64,000 nucleotides of DNA from assembly GCF_963853765.1 (NCBI RefSeq), contig NC_088861.1, positions 10,044,001 to 10,108,000 of the forward strand, given 5' to 3'. Position 1 is the stretch's first letter. Each line of letters opens with the position of its first letter. The stretch comes from Magallana gigas (taxonomy: Eukaryota). The notes under the pieces are model-generated. The model worked only from the letters and a program-made list of their open reading frames with translations. It was not told the DNA's origin and ran no database searches. A program made the translations under genes and the position numbers. This document shows positions 24,410 to 36,850 of the stretch, in pieces.

Positions 24410-24940
24410 GAGGTATGTGGTATTCATACCAATGAATTTTATTGTTTTGTGGAGAATTGAAGTAACCTGATATGATGTTAGAGGTTTCGGGTTCAAGTGG
24501 CAGAAGAATGGGCCTGAAAATGAGGTCTGAATTGGTTCAAATAGGTAAATAATGTTGTTGGTTGTGAGTTTAGAGGAATTTGTATTGTGGCACCTTTGCC
24601 CAGTTGGTCGGTTTTAGACCCCTTTTATGAACTTGGACTTCAGGGTCTGATAAATGAATATCAGTCTCATGAAACACCACAGTATTCCTTCTTGATACCG
24701 TAAAGTCACTTATTCACAGCAATGCAATGAATGCGAGTTCAAATGCAGTTGCAAACAGTGAAGTTTCATAAGAGTTTGCGCATTTTTTTTACGATAAATG
24801 TTTTTGTGTGGTCAGTGTGGCCTTGCAATTGAAGTTGATAGTTGAGTATGATATTGAGTTTGATGCTAAGTGTGCAATATAATTAACTAACTTGTGGACT
24901 GGTGGTGGCCAAGGCAGTTGCAAGGAAAGTTTATTGCGTG
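24410..24940 (-). pseudogene. Tyrosine recombinase remnant of the Ngaro-like element
   Basis: WPPPVHKLVNYIAHL; YETSLFATAFELAFIALL*ISDF (catalytic Arg position is TGA); GSKTDQLGKG; GPFFCHLNPKPLTSYQVTSILHKTIKF; C-terminal catalytic residues lost. Confidence 0.85.
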
Positions 24941-25904
24941 GACCCTGAGGTCCACGCAGAAAATATATAAGCGAGGTTTAACCGGATGCTATGGGAAAAT
25001 TCAGCCTGCGCATGAGCTAGCCTGGTTCCTGTGCATAATGGGTAGCTCAGGGAACCAGGCTAGCACAAGTTTATCTCAATCGGGATCGGGATTCCATTCC
25101 ATATGCACACAAAAGTTCAAAGGCGCTGTAATTGTAAAGTTGTCGGTAAACCGTGTTCAGTACAGAATCAAAGTATTCCTTTTAAAGAGACAATCGGCAT
25201 GTGATTGGAACTGTCAGTATTATGAAATAAGTTAATGTTATGCCCAAACTACAACATGCATCAAATAGCATATAAATTTGCAATGTTTTGTTGTTTTCCG
25301 TATACACATGTAATTTAACTTTTATAGTAGGCGAGGCTAGAGAACTTGCCGATTAAAGTTTTTTAAGCATTTAAGTGTGACTGAATAATTATGTCACTGT
25401 ATTAAAGTTTAAATCTCAAAAAAATTGCATCAACATATGAAATTGATTTAAACAAAGCTGTCACTGCATAGTATACAAAGTAGTGCGAATCGTAATGTGT
25501 GCACAAATAGTAGAATTCGCCGAATGTCTGATACTCTACATGCAGACTTCATTAATAGAGAGATCATAATTATTTTTGAAGTATGAACCCTTTAAATTCT
25601 TAGATAAAAAGTCAGGGCAATACATATACGTCATCCAACGTACAAATTTAGTGGTTAAAAGCAGGGGGCTAGAGTGGGTGGAATCTCTGATAATCTTAAG
25701 GCTTTCACGTTTTCATTGGAAACACATGCAAATGGTCCACGTATTGTAGTCCATTTTTTAAAGGACAGCAACTTGTTACTAAATATAAATGTGCCGAAAT
25801 GACTCGAGACCACGCTGGTATGTATGAGCTGTGATTTTTGCTATGGCAGCAGATAAAATAGCATCTATGTAGGGTCTTTGAGCTTAAATAACCCCGGTTT
25901 GATC

Positions 25905-27330
25905 TCGGAAGGTTAATTGTCTGCATACGGAGTAAGTGTTCTGAATTTTGCCGACTGAAAACAAAAGATAGAATCTGCTATATAATCATAAAACGCGGGG
26001 AAATGAACAGATTTTATTGAAATGTTACGACTGATACAAACTAACACTAGCGGTTTGATTAGGCGCATGGCACAATGGGATTTACTTGTTTATGAATTGA
26101 TGATAAGGACGAAAGCCAAATTATCTGTATTCATTATTATTTTTTTGCTTACAATGTTATCCTGCCATAAGAAGATTGCAAAAACTTTTGGTATAAGCTA
26201 CAAGAATTTAAGTTAGTTAGCCGAGTAAATTACTGACCTGTGGTTGTTAAAAAATGCACCCCATCACAGGAACCACAACATTTTTTACGGTCAGTGAAAA
26301 GATTGAGTGCATCATCACTTGACCAGACTAATTCAGGGAAAGGAGTTTCACCATTGTATAGTTATAAAGAAACTGGATCCATATACTAGCATCCTCCTTA
26401 ATTTCACGGGTCACTTTTATTTGTAAATGTGATTTCTTTACGCCAATAGTAGCGTTATTAAAGTGATTACAAAATGCTATGCCGCCAGGAAATGCCTTAG
26501 CGAAAAAGTTAAATGACCCACAGAGTGATTGCATTTGATTCAAAGAAGTTTTTTTGATTGAAGAAATGCTGTTAGTGAAATATGAAGCTCTGATCATTTC
26601 TGAGTTTGAATGAAAGCAGTTTATGTAACAGTGTCTATACCCAGACTCAGGAGAGTAAGTTTGCTAATAAGACTCTCAGTTTTGTTAGACGTAGTAGGTT
26701 TACCGAACTGTAGACATAATGTTTGTAAAGGCTTTACCAACTGGGTACAATGAAATGTGTCACTACTACCCACAAATAGGACTGATGAAATTTTCAACTT
26801 GTTGAGCATGCTATAATGCTATGGAACATCCAAAACGAATACATTTGTCAATATAGTATTTATCTTTAATACACATACATGTACCCATTTGATAGAAATC
26901 CGAAGGGTGAAAGCGTTTGACAGGTCCATTTTACATAGCAATGTACCTTTACTCAAGAAAATGATCATTGCTATTGCTTGATCGAAGGATGCATACGAAA
27001 CTGAACATAATGCAGGGTCAATGAAATTGTTGACACTGTTTCCAGTAAGGGCAAACAGGTTTTTAATTAATCTCTAACCCCCATCTTTATAGGGAGAATG
27101 CCGACAGGATTACATCGAAAACTAAACATTGGTAAATTGTTAAAAGGTCTTGCCATGCGACCAAGACCTATTTTCTTATTGATAATTGCAAGTAACTCAA
27201 CAGTATGAACCTGGGTTGATTTCATATTCGTTGGTTTCAGGGGAAGCCTTAAACCAGTGTAATGTAAATAAAAACCAGTAGGGAAAACTAAGCGATACTG
27301 TCTTTGTCGTACTTCAACCAACTTGCATTT
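25905..27330 (-). pseudogene. RT-RNase H remnant of the Ngaro-like element
   Basis: GFYLHYTGLRLP..GRMARPF..RCNPVGILP; GNSVNNFIDPALCSVSYASFDQAI..CKMDLSNAF; QSLCGSFNFFAKA; FLYNYNG..LNLFTD; FL*LIPKVFAIFLW..TDN..IADSI. Confidence 0.88.
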
Positions 27331-27599
27331 TAATTTCTGCCAGCCCCTAACCTTATAGTTTTAATGTACTTTTGAAATCTCCTGATTGTCTTCTGGTGTC
27401 TCGACAAATAAATGCTTGAGAAAACGATGAAAGCATCAGACAAAGAATCGAATGTTGTAATTTTCTAGGGAGTAGTTTTTGGAAACATAATTTACTGACC
27501 GTCGATAATTAAAAAAAAATGTGGTCTGGCTTGTCAGTATCCAGGTCGGAATGCAAAAGTTTGGCTAGATCAACATTATCTTTAGACCAATTTTTTTCT

Positions 27600-27929
27600 T
27601 TAAAGGATTTGGGGACATAAATACAAAGATTGTCTGAAACTTTGATAAGGGCTGTTGGGTTTTTTTTTTGCAATAGCAGATGACAACATGCTGCTGGCAG
27701 GAAAAACAGTACCTGAAGTTACGGGTGCTGGAATTTGTTGACTGGCAGGTATGGGGTTGGTGACGTTTGGCACCAGCATTTCCACTGGTTTAACAGGAGC
27801 CTCGGAGGTGGACAAAGCAGGTTTGGGTTGGGTCTGTCTTCTCGGACCACGCCCTAATCTTGAGGCCGCTGAATTGGACGCAGCATATGGGGATGATGAA
27901 TACCTGTTTGACTTTCTTGCTCTTAACAT
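27600..27929 (-). pseudogene. ORF1 (gag-like) N-terminal remnant of the Ngaro-like element
   Basis: Basic, Pro/Ser-rich MLRARKSNRYSSSPYAAS... located upstream of RT in the expected position. Confidence 0.5.
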
Positions 27930-29740
27930 TTTAAGGCGGAATAGTACCTTACGATCATAGACAGTAATAAGATTAAGTTGACAGAAATCTTAAGCTTAAT
28001 ATAGAGACTCGATTACAATAGTAGAAACTGGAATAAAACGCTACTGTTAAACAACCATGTTTAAGAAAATAACCAATAAGTGAGTAAGATGAGCTACTCA
28101 GAAATAGTTTGGTGTTCAAATGTAATCATAGGAAAAAATGCATTGTCATTTAAAGATATCATACGAGCATTGTGACACGTGTGTTTTGTAGTATTTTTAA
28201 AATTTTGCAGAAATACACACTAGTAGAATGTAGCGAGGATAAATGGAAGATAACACTCACCGTTAAGTTTCCTACAAAGTTAACGTACGAACTACGTTGG
28301 TACTTGGTAAGATTTAAGGATCGATGAATCCTGACTGTTGAAAATCGGAATGCTTGATCGAACTACTGCTTGAAGCAACAAAATTAAAGCATTAGGGCAA
28401 AACAAATCATTTTGTGTTTGGGTATGTAAATACATGTTGATAAAAAACTGAATAAAGGAAGACTTTTCAGGTCGACGAAGCATGTTAAGATAAAAGTTTT
28501 TTTTGCATTGGTTCTATCAATCCACATTGCGTTACGAGAAAACATGCGCATAGGTAAGCATAATTCGAAATTCCCGCACATTCGTCATTTTTTGTACAAC
28601 TATTGGTAGAGGATGGTGTGATTCTGTAGAAAATTATTCCTGTCCTAACATATATCTATAATCATAAAAGGGGTTGAAATGTGTTATTAATATGTAAAAT
28701 ACCGGTAGTTGCATTATTTTTAACATTATTTTGTGCCGAATGGGATTTCTGATGCACTTTAAAAAGTCGCAATGCTATGTAACAGTACACGCTGTGCAAC
28801 TATTATTGCCGTGCAATAACTTTTCATGGGTTATATGGTACAATAATACATGTACATGATATATCAATTTTGTATGATATTGCTTCACAGTACATGTTAT
28901 GATTTGAAATGCTACATATGATTGTTGCGATCACTATTGAAATAAAACCACTTTTGAAATAAATAATTTCAATAGTGTTTGGGAAAGTATTTCATTAGAA
29001 AAATTACGAACAATTTCAAATACTCAATTAAGGTATTGAAGACTTGCATATATCACGGTTATAATAATCAAAACTATGAAATTAATGTACTTATGTAAGG
29101 ATTTTCACTGTTGTGCAGAAATAACTAATCATCGAAGATTAACATATAGAATTGTTTTCATATTTTTTCTTTACCTTTCTCTTTCAATAGATGTATCATA
29201 CTCTATGAAAATTGTAAATTATTTGTACAAGAATGAACATCTTGTAAATGCCAGTACTTAGGTATCAATTCAATTTAACTATTTTTATTATTTACAATAC
29301 AAAAGGAATGCATTTCTAATGATCAAGTAAAATGTGAAAGTCTGTGGTAGAGTTATAAGAAAGATACAGGGCTCACAACTCTTCGTCATGTAAACAAGGC
29401 TCGTGCCCTGTTTTAATTTACATAGGTTCAATATGCCAGTGAAAAACTTTTTCAAGCTGATGTGTACAGTTTATTTATTTTAAGCATAAAAAGAGAGTTG
29501 AAAACGTTAACACATTCATTTTAGGTCTAAAACTGGAATTTTAGGTGCAACTTTCAAAATGTAAACAAAAGCTTTGTTTACTAAGCAGGAGATTTGAAAG
29601 CTATGTAACTCGCTTATAACTCAACAAATGATTTTCAAATTTTAGTTGTCTACTAAAAATGCCTTACTGAAGCATTGTAAACAATAAGATCGGACATTTT
29701 TTTTTTTACCAAAATCATGACCATGCAGGATGCCCTTTTA

Positions 29741-30506
29741 AGGCCCTTTCACGATTGACGCACGAGCATAAGTGACAAAATACGCGTTCGACAGAAAAAT
29801 TTAGATTTGGAAACTGTTGCCGTAATTATTGCATATATCTTGCTTTTATATGCGAAAATTGTACAATGTATTGTTAGATAATGCGTAAGGATCGCGTAAG
29901 TGATCAGGTGATCGGACGATTGATTGTGCGCCAATGCGATTGGACGTTACATGGTACAAATGCTCGTGTGAGTCGAAGGAGGTATATTAACCGCCCGTTT
30001 CTGACGCATTTCAGTAGAAATAGTTGAATGTATGCGAGAAAATATGACCAAAGCAACAATAAGCCAAGGGGACGAACCGTAAAAAGAAGGCCAATGCATG
30101 AGGAGGAGGCATGGCAAATTGAATCTGATCAATAGTGCAATGATACTTGTAGTAAAACGTAGCAAGATAACATAAGACACGTTGAGCAACAGTCTAACGG
30201 TCACTAAACACACGCATAGACAGCTGGCATTCATCGTACGGCCTTTATGAAATTGTGCATCACTTTTACGATTACCCAAAATGGTTCGTACTAATTGTTC
30301 TTGCGTTGCATTGCGATAATTTGCATCGCATTCGGTCGCATCTGTATAGTGTGCATGTTACCATTTTGAGGAGATTTGATGACACCACTCAAACGCTTGC
30401 AACGAATGCAAAACACCGTGCAAAGTATGAGAGAGCTAGTGTGAACCTAAACCATTCCGATTTTAAAGGCTTGTTAAGTTCTCGTTTGCGAATTGTGAAA
30501 GGACCT
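29741..30506. mobile_element. PIF/Harbinger-type MITE
   Basis: TTA|AGGCCCTTTCACGATT ... AATTGTGAAAGGACCT|TTA; imperfect TIRs with 3-bp TTA duplication. Confidence 0.75.
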
Positions 30507-31816
30507 TTAAGTAGCTGTACAAAATTGAAAGCATTTATACCGATAATCTCTGTAACAATGCGTTTATTTTATTAACAATTCATGTTCTTTGTTTATTTGT
30601 TTTGTAGTTTGATTTAGATGATGTGATGATAAACTGTAAATCTATTAAGCATAGAAAACAATATATTTTATACTAGTTTATATGTTGGCATAAAAGTGTT
30701 ATATTAAGCGAGAAGTTTTTATATCAAGTCATATTCTTAATTTGCCAAAAAAAAAACATGATTAATTCTGGAAAGATACTAGCCATATAGTTCAATAAAT
30801 ACGTTAAACCTTTAACCAACAATATTTTGAACCACTTAAGAATTCATTTTATTAATTATAATTGTATATATCCGTGTACGTTGTGTCAGCAGTATATTTA
30901 CAATACATGTATATAGTTTTTAATTATTTTTACCTTGCTTGTTCTCGTGAAATCATGTTTACAGGGAACTGCTGGTCCGATAAAATCAGGGCATTACTGG
31001 TCCTAGTAACTGACGCCAAAAGAAAAAAAATCGTTGAAAGAATGTCTGTAGAGCTCGCTTCGCGCGCTGGCGAGCTGCGCTCGCTATCACAATAATATCA
31101 ACATAATCTTTTGACGATAACAACTGTTCATTTAGCAAAACATTTAATGTCAAATTTGTTAAATTACGATCCAGCGCTTGTTCATAAAACGTAAAAAAAT
31201 TGTTACTAAAACAAAATGTAGTTGAAGCAGATTTGTTGTAAAATTCAACTAATATAAATGATATGTTCATTTCAATTTAAAACAAAAGTTTAAATTCCTG
31301 TCAAAGGTACTATAAATACGCACATAGCGATTAAACAAAACCATAAACAAAAAACAAAACGATTTCTCGATAAGCGCTTATATAGAATACTCTGTTCTAA
31401 AGCCTGACCTATACAATTGTTAAGTTTAAAAGGATTCTTTTATCGAAATGCCACGTAATACACCTGTTTTTAGTATCTATTAGTTGTGTGCCAAAGATGA
31501 GCTAATGTGGAAATCCACGCTTAAAATAGTCTGGAAAGAGGTCGAGAAAAATAAAGAAGGACATATATGAGTATAACCTGCAACATTTTATTTTTTACAT
31601 TAGTTTGGTAAGTTTTTTTTCTTTTCTAATATCATACGATTGATTGTTTTCGAAATATTCTGCATTTAAAAAGAGTGTTTAACCTTTTCGGACTTTGAAG
31701 AATGATAATGACGAAGTATTTTTCTACAAAAAATATTGAATTAATTATTAAGAGTAAGTAAAAGTAAAAACAAGTTATTCTTATATGGGAATCTGAGTTT
31801 AACAGTATCATGCTTA

Positions 31817-32058
31817 GGCCCATAAAGAAATATTATTGGTTTAGGGTAACACTGATGAAAAAATTAGGTTAGGTAGGTAAGAATTTTTTTTCTGCATGAA
31901 TCCTAAGAACGTTTGTTTGTGTCATATTTATAAACTGATTTTATAATAGAAATAATATAAAATTCACAATCAGATAAAAACAGACATCTAAATATAGTAG
32001 GATCGGGGCATTTTTGTAGGTTAGGTCGGGTTACCCTAAACACACAACTTTTTAGGCC
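31817..32058. mobile_element. Short MITE (GGCC termini; Zator-like?)
   Basis: GGCC...TTTAGGGTAAC / GTTACCCTAAA...GGCC; flanks TTA/TTG. Confidence 0.5.
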
Positions 32059-32916
32059 TTGTTTTACAGTCCGGATTTTCTTTAGATTAATGAAGGTTTC
32101 GACCAACGGTTAATCTATTTTGAAGTTGATCGTATAGATTTCAGTCCCATCAGTTTCGTTTCTATTTAACCAATAAAATGCTTTCTTTAAGGATTCATGG
32201 AGGCGTGAATTCGAAATCCGCGAGCATTGCAAAAAAAAACCATACAAACCACAACCCACCTTAGCTGGTTATGCTATTTATTTGACAATGCATGCTACCT
32301 TCATAGCCCTTATTAATCATCAGAAAAAAGCGTTTTACGATTATGATAAACTTATGATTAATTCGTACTGTATGCGATTTTGTGTAGGTTAATGCATGTT
32401 TCGACTGATCGATAAACTGGTCATAACTGGATCGTTTTATTTTCAATCCGGTCAGTACATGTACCTATACCGCTATAAAACACTAGTTTCCCTCGGAAAT
32501 AGGTTAATAAAAGAATACTACTTGATTTTTAAAAAAGAACAATGAAATATAATCAATTAAAAAAAATTGGGAATCATACCAAGTGGATGAAATGCGGCCT
32601 CCAATAAATTGGCCCCAAAAAACCAGTTTTGGAATTTCTGTTTTAATTTTACATGTACTTGATGTTTGATATTTGTATACTTATTGAATCCCTTTCTAAC
32701 ACTATCCAAGACATACATGATTATTTTTAATTTATGGTAGAGATACAGTTTAGATATGATTCCAGCGAAACCGTTTTAGCTTTCCTCCACATTTGAAAGC
32801 CTTTTAAATACACGATACATAAACTGTTTAGGTACAATTTCCTCCTTCAGCTGGTCAGTATATTTTGTACATTATCTATCTAAATGTGAAAGGAGAATAA
32901 TGTACCTCACTGCTCT

Positions 32917-33509
32917 ACGAAAGCCGAGAAGGATCATTCGAGGTTCGAGATTCGAAATACGAGATTCGAAATACGAGATTCGAGATTCGAAATTCGAGAT
33001 TCAATATCTAAATTAACCAATCAAATCAAGGATCTGAAAATATGTATCCTAGCGACATCAAACTGTTCTAAATAAAAATCATACGTACATGCTCTTATAT
33101 ACAAATAAATGCTATGTTCACTTCTCCCTACCTTACTAAATAATTATTTGTATTTACTTTTACACAGAATATCTAAGTAGACTAGTAATAATGCAGTGTG
33201 CTTCGCGGATTTAAGTGATTTTGTTTGCCCTGGTGCATTTCCACCTGATGCTTTTGAACCCTAAGGTATTTAAAGGTATAAGGTATTTAAATCACAGGTG
33301 CGCTAACACCGTTAAAATTAAAGCTTGCTACATGTAGTTGGTCTGCCTTACCCTAGCTACCTCCTCTCTTTTCTCGTTTTAGAGGCTTAATTATTGTCTA
33401 TATATAATTGTAACAAATCAAATCAATTTCAAATTCTAAATCAAAACTGAATTTGACACTACAAAACTCTCTGTCTGTCTGTCTCTCTCTCTCTCTGTCT
33501 CTCTCTGTC

Positions 33510-33541
<32 letters not shown>

Positions 33542-34125
33542 ATATCGACAATGGCATTGCCATACCCTACAATACACTATTCTTATCTGGATTTTTGTCT
33601 TTGAGGTTGTAAATCATTATATTTTCTATGGTTTAAAACTTGATCATAACCTATATTTTGACATGTCGATTATTTCATTGAGTTTCGTTTCATAGCTAAA
33701 ACATTTAGATTAAACAGATCTTTCTTCGCTAGCCGATTTTTACACAGTTGGGGCGAATACACTTCGGGTTAAAATTATTCGGGGGGAAATACATACAGGG
33801 CAAACAAAACCACTTAGATTCGCAAAGCCAACAGTGTTATTTCTAATGTAATTGTTTATACTGTGTGGGGTTAATTCATCAATGTTAATTTAACCATTTT
33901 ATAACCACTATATAAGAGCTATGAAGACATTTATTTGTATAGGAAAGAGCATGTACGAATGATCTTTTTTTTTAGAACAGTTTGATGTTGCTAGGATACA
34001 GGTTTCAGATCCATGATTTGATTGGTTAATTTAGATATTGAATCTCGAATTTCGAATCTCTAATCTCGTATTTCGAATCTCGTATTTCGAATCTCGAATC
34101 TCGAATGATCCTTCTCGGCTTTCGT
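32917..34125. mobile_element. Foldback-like non-autonomous DNA transposon with ~200-bp TIRs and 8-bp TSD
   Basis: ACTGCTCT|ACGAAAGCCGAGAAGGATCATTCGAG ... CTCGAATGATCCTTCTCGGCTTTCGT|ACTGCTCT; TIRs carry tandem CGAGATT/CGAAAT repeats; compound (CT/GT) microsatellite inside at ~33467-33541. Confidence 0.92.
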
Positions 34126-34218
34126 ACTGCTCTTATATGTATCGTCTAAAAAATGCAAAGTCCAGTGGGTATTCCCCATTAAAAACCTGATGTTGGTTAC
34201 CTGGTGTAGATTCGCTCA

Positions 34219-34556
34219 AGGCCCTGCCACACCAAGATGCGTCCCCACGGCGGCGTGTTCACGGCGTTGTAAAATTCATTGAATCCCCGTAAGATCGCAA
34301 GGAAAATTCAGAAAAAATGTAAAGTTTTTTTTTTAATTTTACAAGTGAAGATGTAACGGCGTCCTGACGGCGACCGAGGCGTTCTTACGGAGCTCCCACA
34401 GCGTGTAACTGCGTTTCCACGGAGTTCTAATCGGCAATTAACTGCACTTTCGCTGAGTCTCATGACGCACTAGGAGTTTTTACCTCATGTACACGGCGTG
34501 CTATGTGCGCTGACTGCGTGCACAAGACGTGTTTTACTTCTTGCGCGGGCATGTTT
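34219..34556. mobile_element. Left part of a GC-rich Harbinger-like MITE
   Basis: AGGCCCTGCCACACCAAGATGCGTCC end; ACGGCG-rich body; about 75% similar to the reverse complement of the end at ~50510-50536. Confidence 0.5.
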
Positions 34557-35828
34557 TATAAAGAGGCTGTCCAAGCAAAATTCAGGCAGGGCTTTGCACA
34601 TGCTATGTCTTGGATTTCAATAAATTTTTGTATATCACTTCTTTTTAACATGCTTGTAAAACATGTGAAAGAAAAAGTTCATTGTATGCCTAACTAGGCA
34701 GAAAAATGTCTATTTTTGAATTTGGAACATGTTTAGTGCAAAAAGGTCACAGAAGTTGTAAAAATATTGTGAAGTTTGACCAGTTGTAAAACTACTTTAT
34801 TCTATTAAACCTTTTTAAAAATTATATTATTTAGTTTAAACACACTTAACTCTTTAACTTAGACTGCTTTTAAAGTATAAATATATTTCAAAAAAAAATA
34901 TATGCCTTATCAAAGTTGATGCATATTTTGTAAACAAAAATTTTGGTATTTTAATGTTAATTTGAAATTTCAATAAAATCCAATACATTTTCATGAAAGG
35001 AAAAAATGAGGCATCTTTATAAACCTGAGAAATGAAATTTTGAGAAACAAAAATAAATTCAGTGGGAACAGCATCGGTCTCATAGAAGCAGTTGCACAAA
35101 ATTACCCATTTTTAACATTGAAAATGAAGTTTTTCCATGCATAACATGTTATTATTATTGTTAAAAGACAGTGAATGACAGAGTTCATGTCACAAATATT
35201 GACTATAATTTAATACATGCTTAAATCTTTATAATAGGAAATGCTTTATGATGAAAGAAATAATGGTCACTCATCAAAAACCAACAGTTTTCATAATTTT
35301 AAGTGCAAAAAGGTCATTTTGACAAAAATGTTGAAAACTGTGTTTAAGCCTGCTAAACCTATTCACAACTGAAGAAAATTAGCTGAACATTTCACTATTT
35401 GGATGGTCTAATATACATTCAAATTATTTTAAGGATTTTCAGTATTTCATGAAATACATAAATTTGAGAATAAGGATTCAAAATGTGTTAATCACTGATT
35501 AAGGAATAATAATTAATGCAGTGTAAAACTGAATTTTTTTTTTAAATTCAATGTATTTGTGTGTTTTCAATAAGTATTAACCAACATTTTCTTCTTAAAC
35601 TGGTAATAAACTTGGTGGGATAATAATATTGAAGGGGTATTAGCTTATTAAATAAAGAAGTTTTTTTTTTTTTTTATCAAATTGTGCGAAAAGGTCAAAT
35701 CCAATTTATCATTGGTACTACTGAATTTGAGGGGTTTTTGTTGTTGTTTTTATAAACAAAACAATTATAACAATTCCATATTGTACAAATACACATAAAT
35801 ATATCAAATCATTTCTTCTTAGTAGTAA

Positions 35829-36561
35829 TATCACCAGTGAAATGACATCCATTTCACTTTTGATAACTTTAGCATATATTTTCATAGTCTACTTTATTTT
35901 ACTTTATTCTTATCTTATATGTTCCCATACTTAGCAATTGCTTATTGACATCTAAAGCATTCCTTATTATTTATTTCTTAAGGTTGTCCAAGCTGTTGTT
36001 TACTTCTTAATCCCCTAGAATATTTAGTGATTTCACAGTAATTGTTAATCCTTATTGTCAGTGACACTGCTCATGACACTGGGCACTCATAGGTGTTAGT
36101 TAGGGTAAACAAAACCACTTTGACTTCTTCACATCAAAGGGATGACACTGATAACTTAATTATTTGATTAGCCCTAAGTGACAACTTTACCTTAGGCAAT
36201 TCATAGAGAAATTAATTCTTGTACATTAGTTCTTTTAGAAGAGAGTTAGCTTTGAGACTTCGAACTGAAAGGATGTAGGACGAAGCTAGGAAATCATGTA
36301 GAGTGTTAGGAGACAAATTTCTAATTCATCTGTTTAGGCCCCCTCCTCTAAATTACAGTTAGGAACAAGACTTGCTCATTAATGTTGTTACCTGCGTGTG
36401 TAGATTGGATTATTTAACATTCAATCTTTAATAAAACATTTCTCATATCCTGCCATTTGGACTTTGTGTATTCTTAATTTACTTATTCCCCTTGAGCTTA
36501 ATTCCCCAAATGAACGTGCACCATCGCCTAGTTATGTACCAGACATCCGGGCGTGGTCACA
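35829..36561 (+). repeat. 5' LTR (TA...CA termini)
   Basis: Starts TATCACCAGTG, ends GTGGTCACA; AATAAA at ~36429. Confidence 0.97.
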
Positions 36562-36564
36562 GAG

Positions 36565-36587
36565 TGGTCGAGAATCCGGTTCGAATC
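36565..36587 (+). promoter_or_regulatory. Candidate primer-binding site (atypical)
   Basis: TGGTCGAGAATCCGGTTCGAATC begins 3 nt after the LTR; its complement ends in CCA and contains a T-loop-like TTCGAACC; cognate tRNA not identified. Confidence 0.6.
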
Positions 36588-36850
36588 TTATGGAATTCCT
36601 CTCACTGAAGTAAACATTCCGGGACTTTTTGGATTTCTGCAGGATTTCTGTGCTGTCAAAAACTGTGATTTGTGACTCTAACATTCTTATGAAAAGGAAA
36701 GAAGACCAATCCATACAGAGACAGTGTGCCAGTTCCTGTTGGTGAGTACAGCCACTTTTATCACATGTGACACAGTTTAGATAACTTTCTATTGTTATTA
36801 TTTTTGACATTTATAGATTGATTATTGTTTAGCTGTTTTTATCACTGATA

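Larger units (their letters stand above)
24410..27950 (-). mobile_element. Decayed Ngaro-like (DIRS-order) tyrosine-recombinase retrotransposon with ~0.9 kb of insertions at ~24990-25900
   Basis: Order ORF1 - RT - RNase H - YR on the minus strand; no methyltransferase domain seen after RNase H; many stops and frameshifts; termini not recognisable. Confidence 0.85.

Noticed and set aside
36578-36587. GGTTCGAATC as part of a tRNA gene
   Set aside because: No A-box, D-arm or acceptor stem; explained by the PBS position after the LTR.
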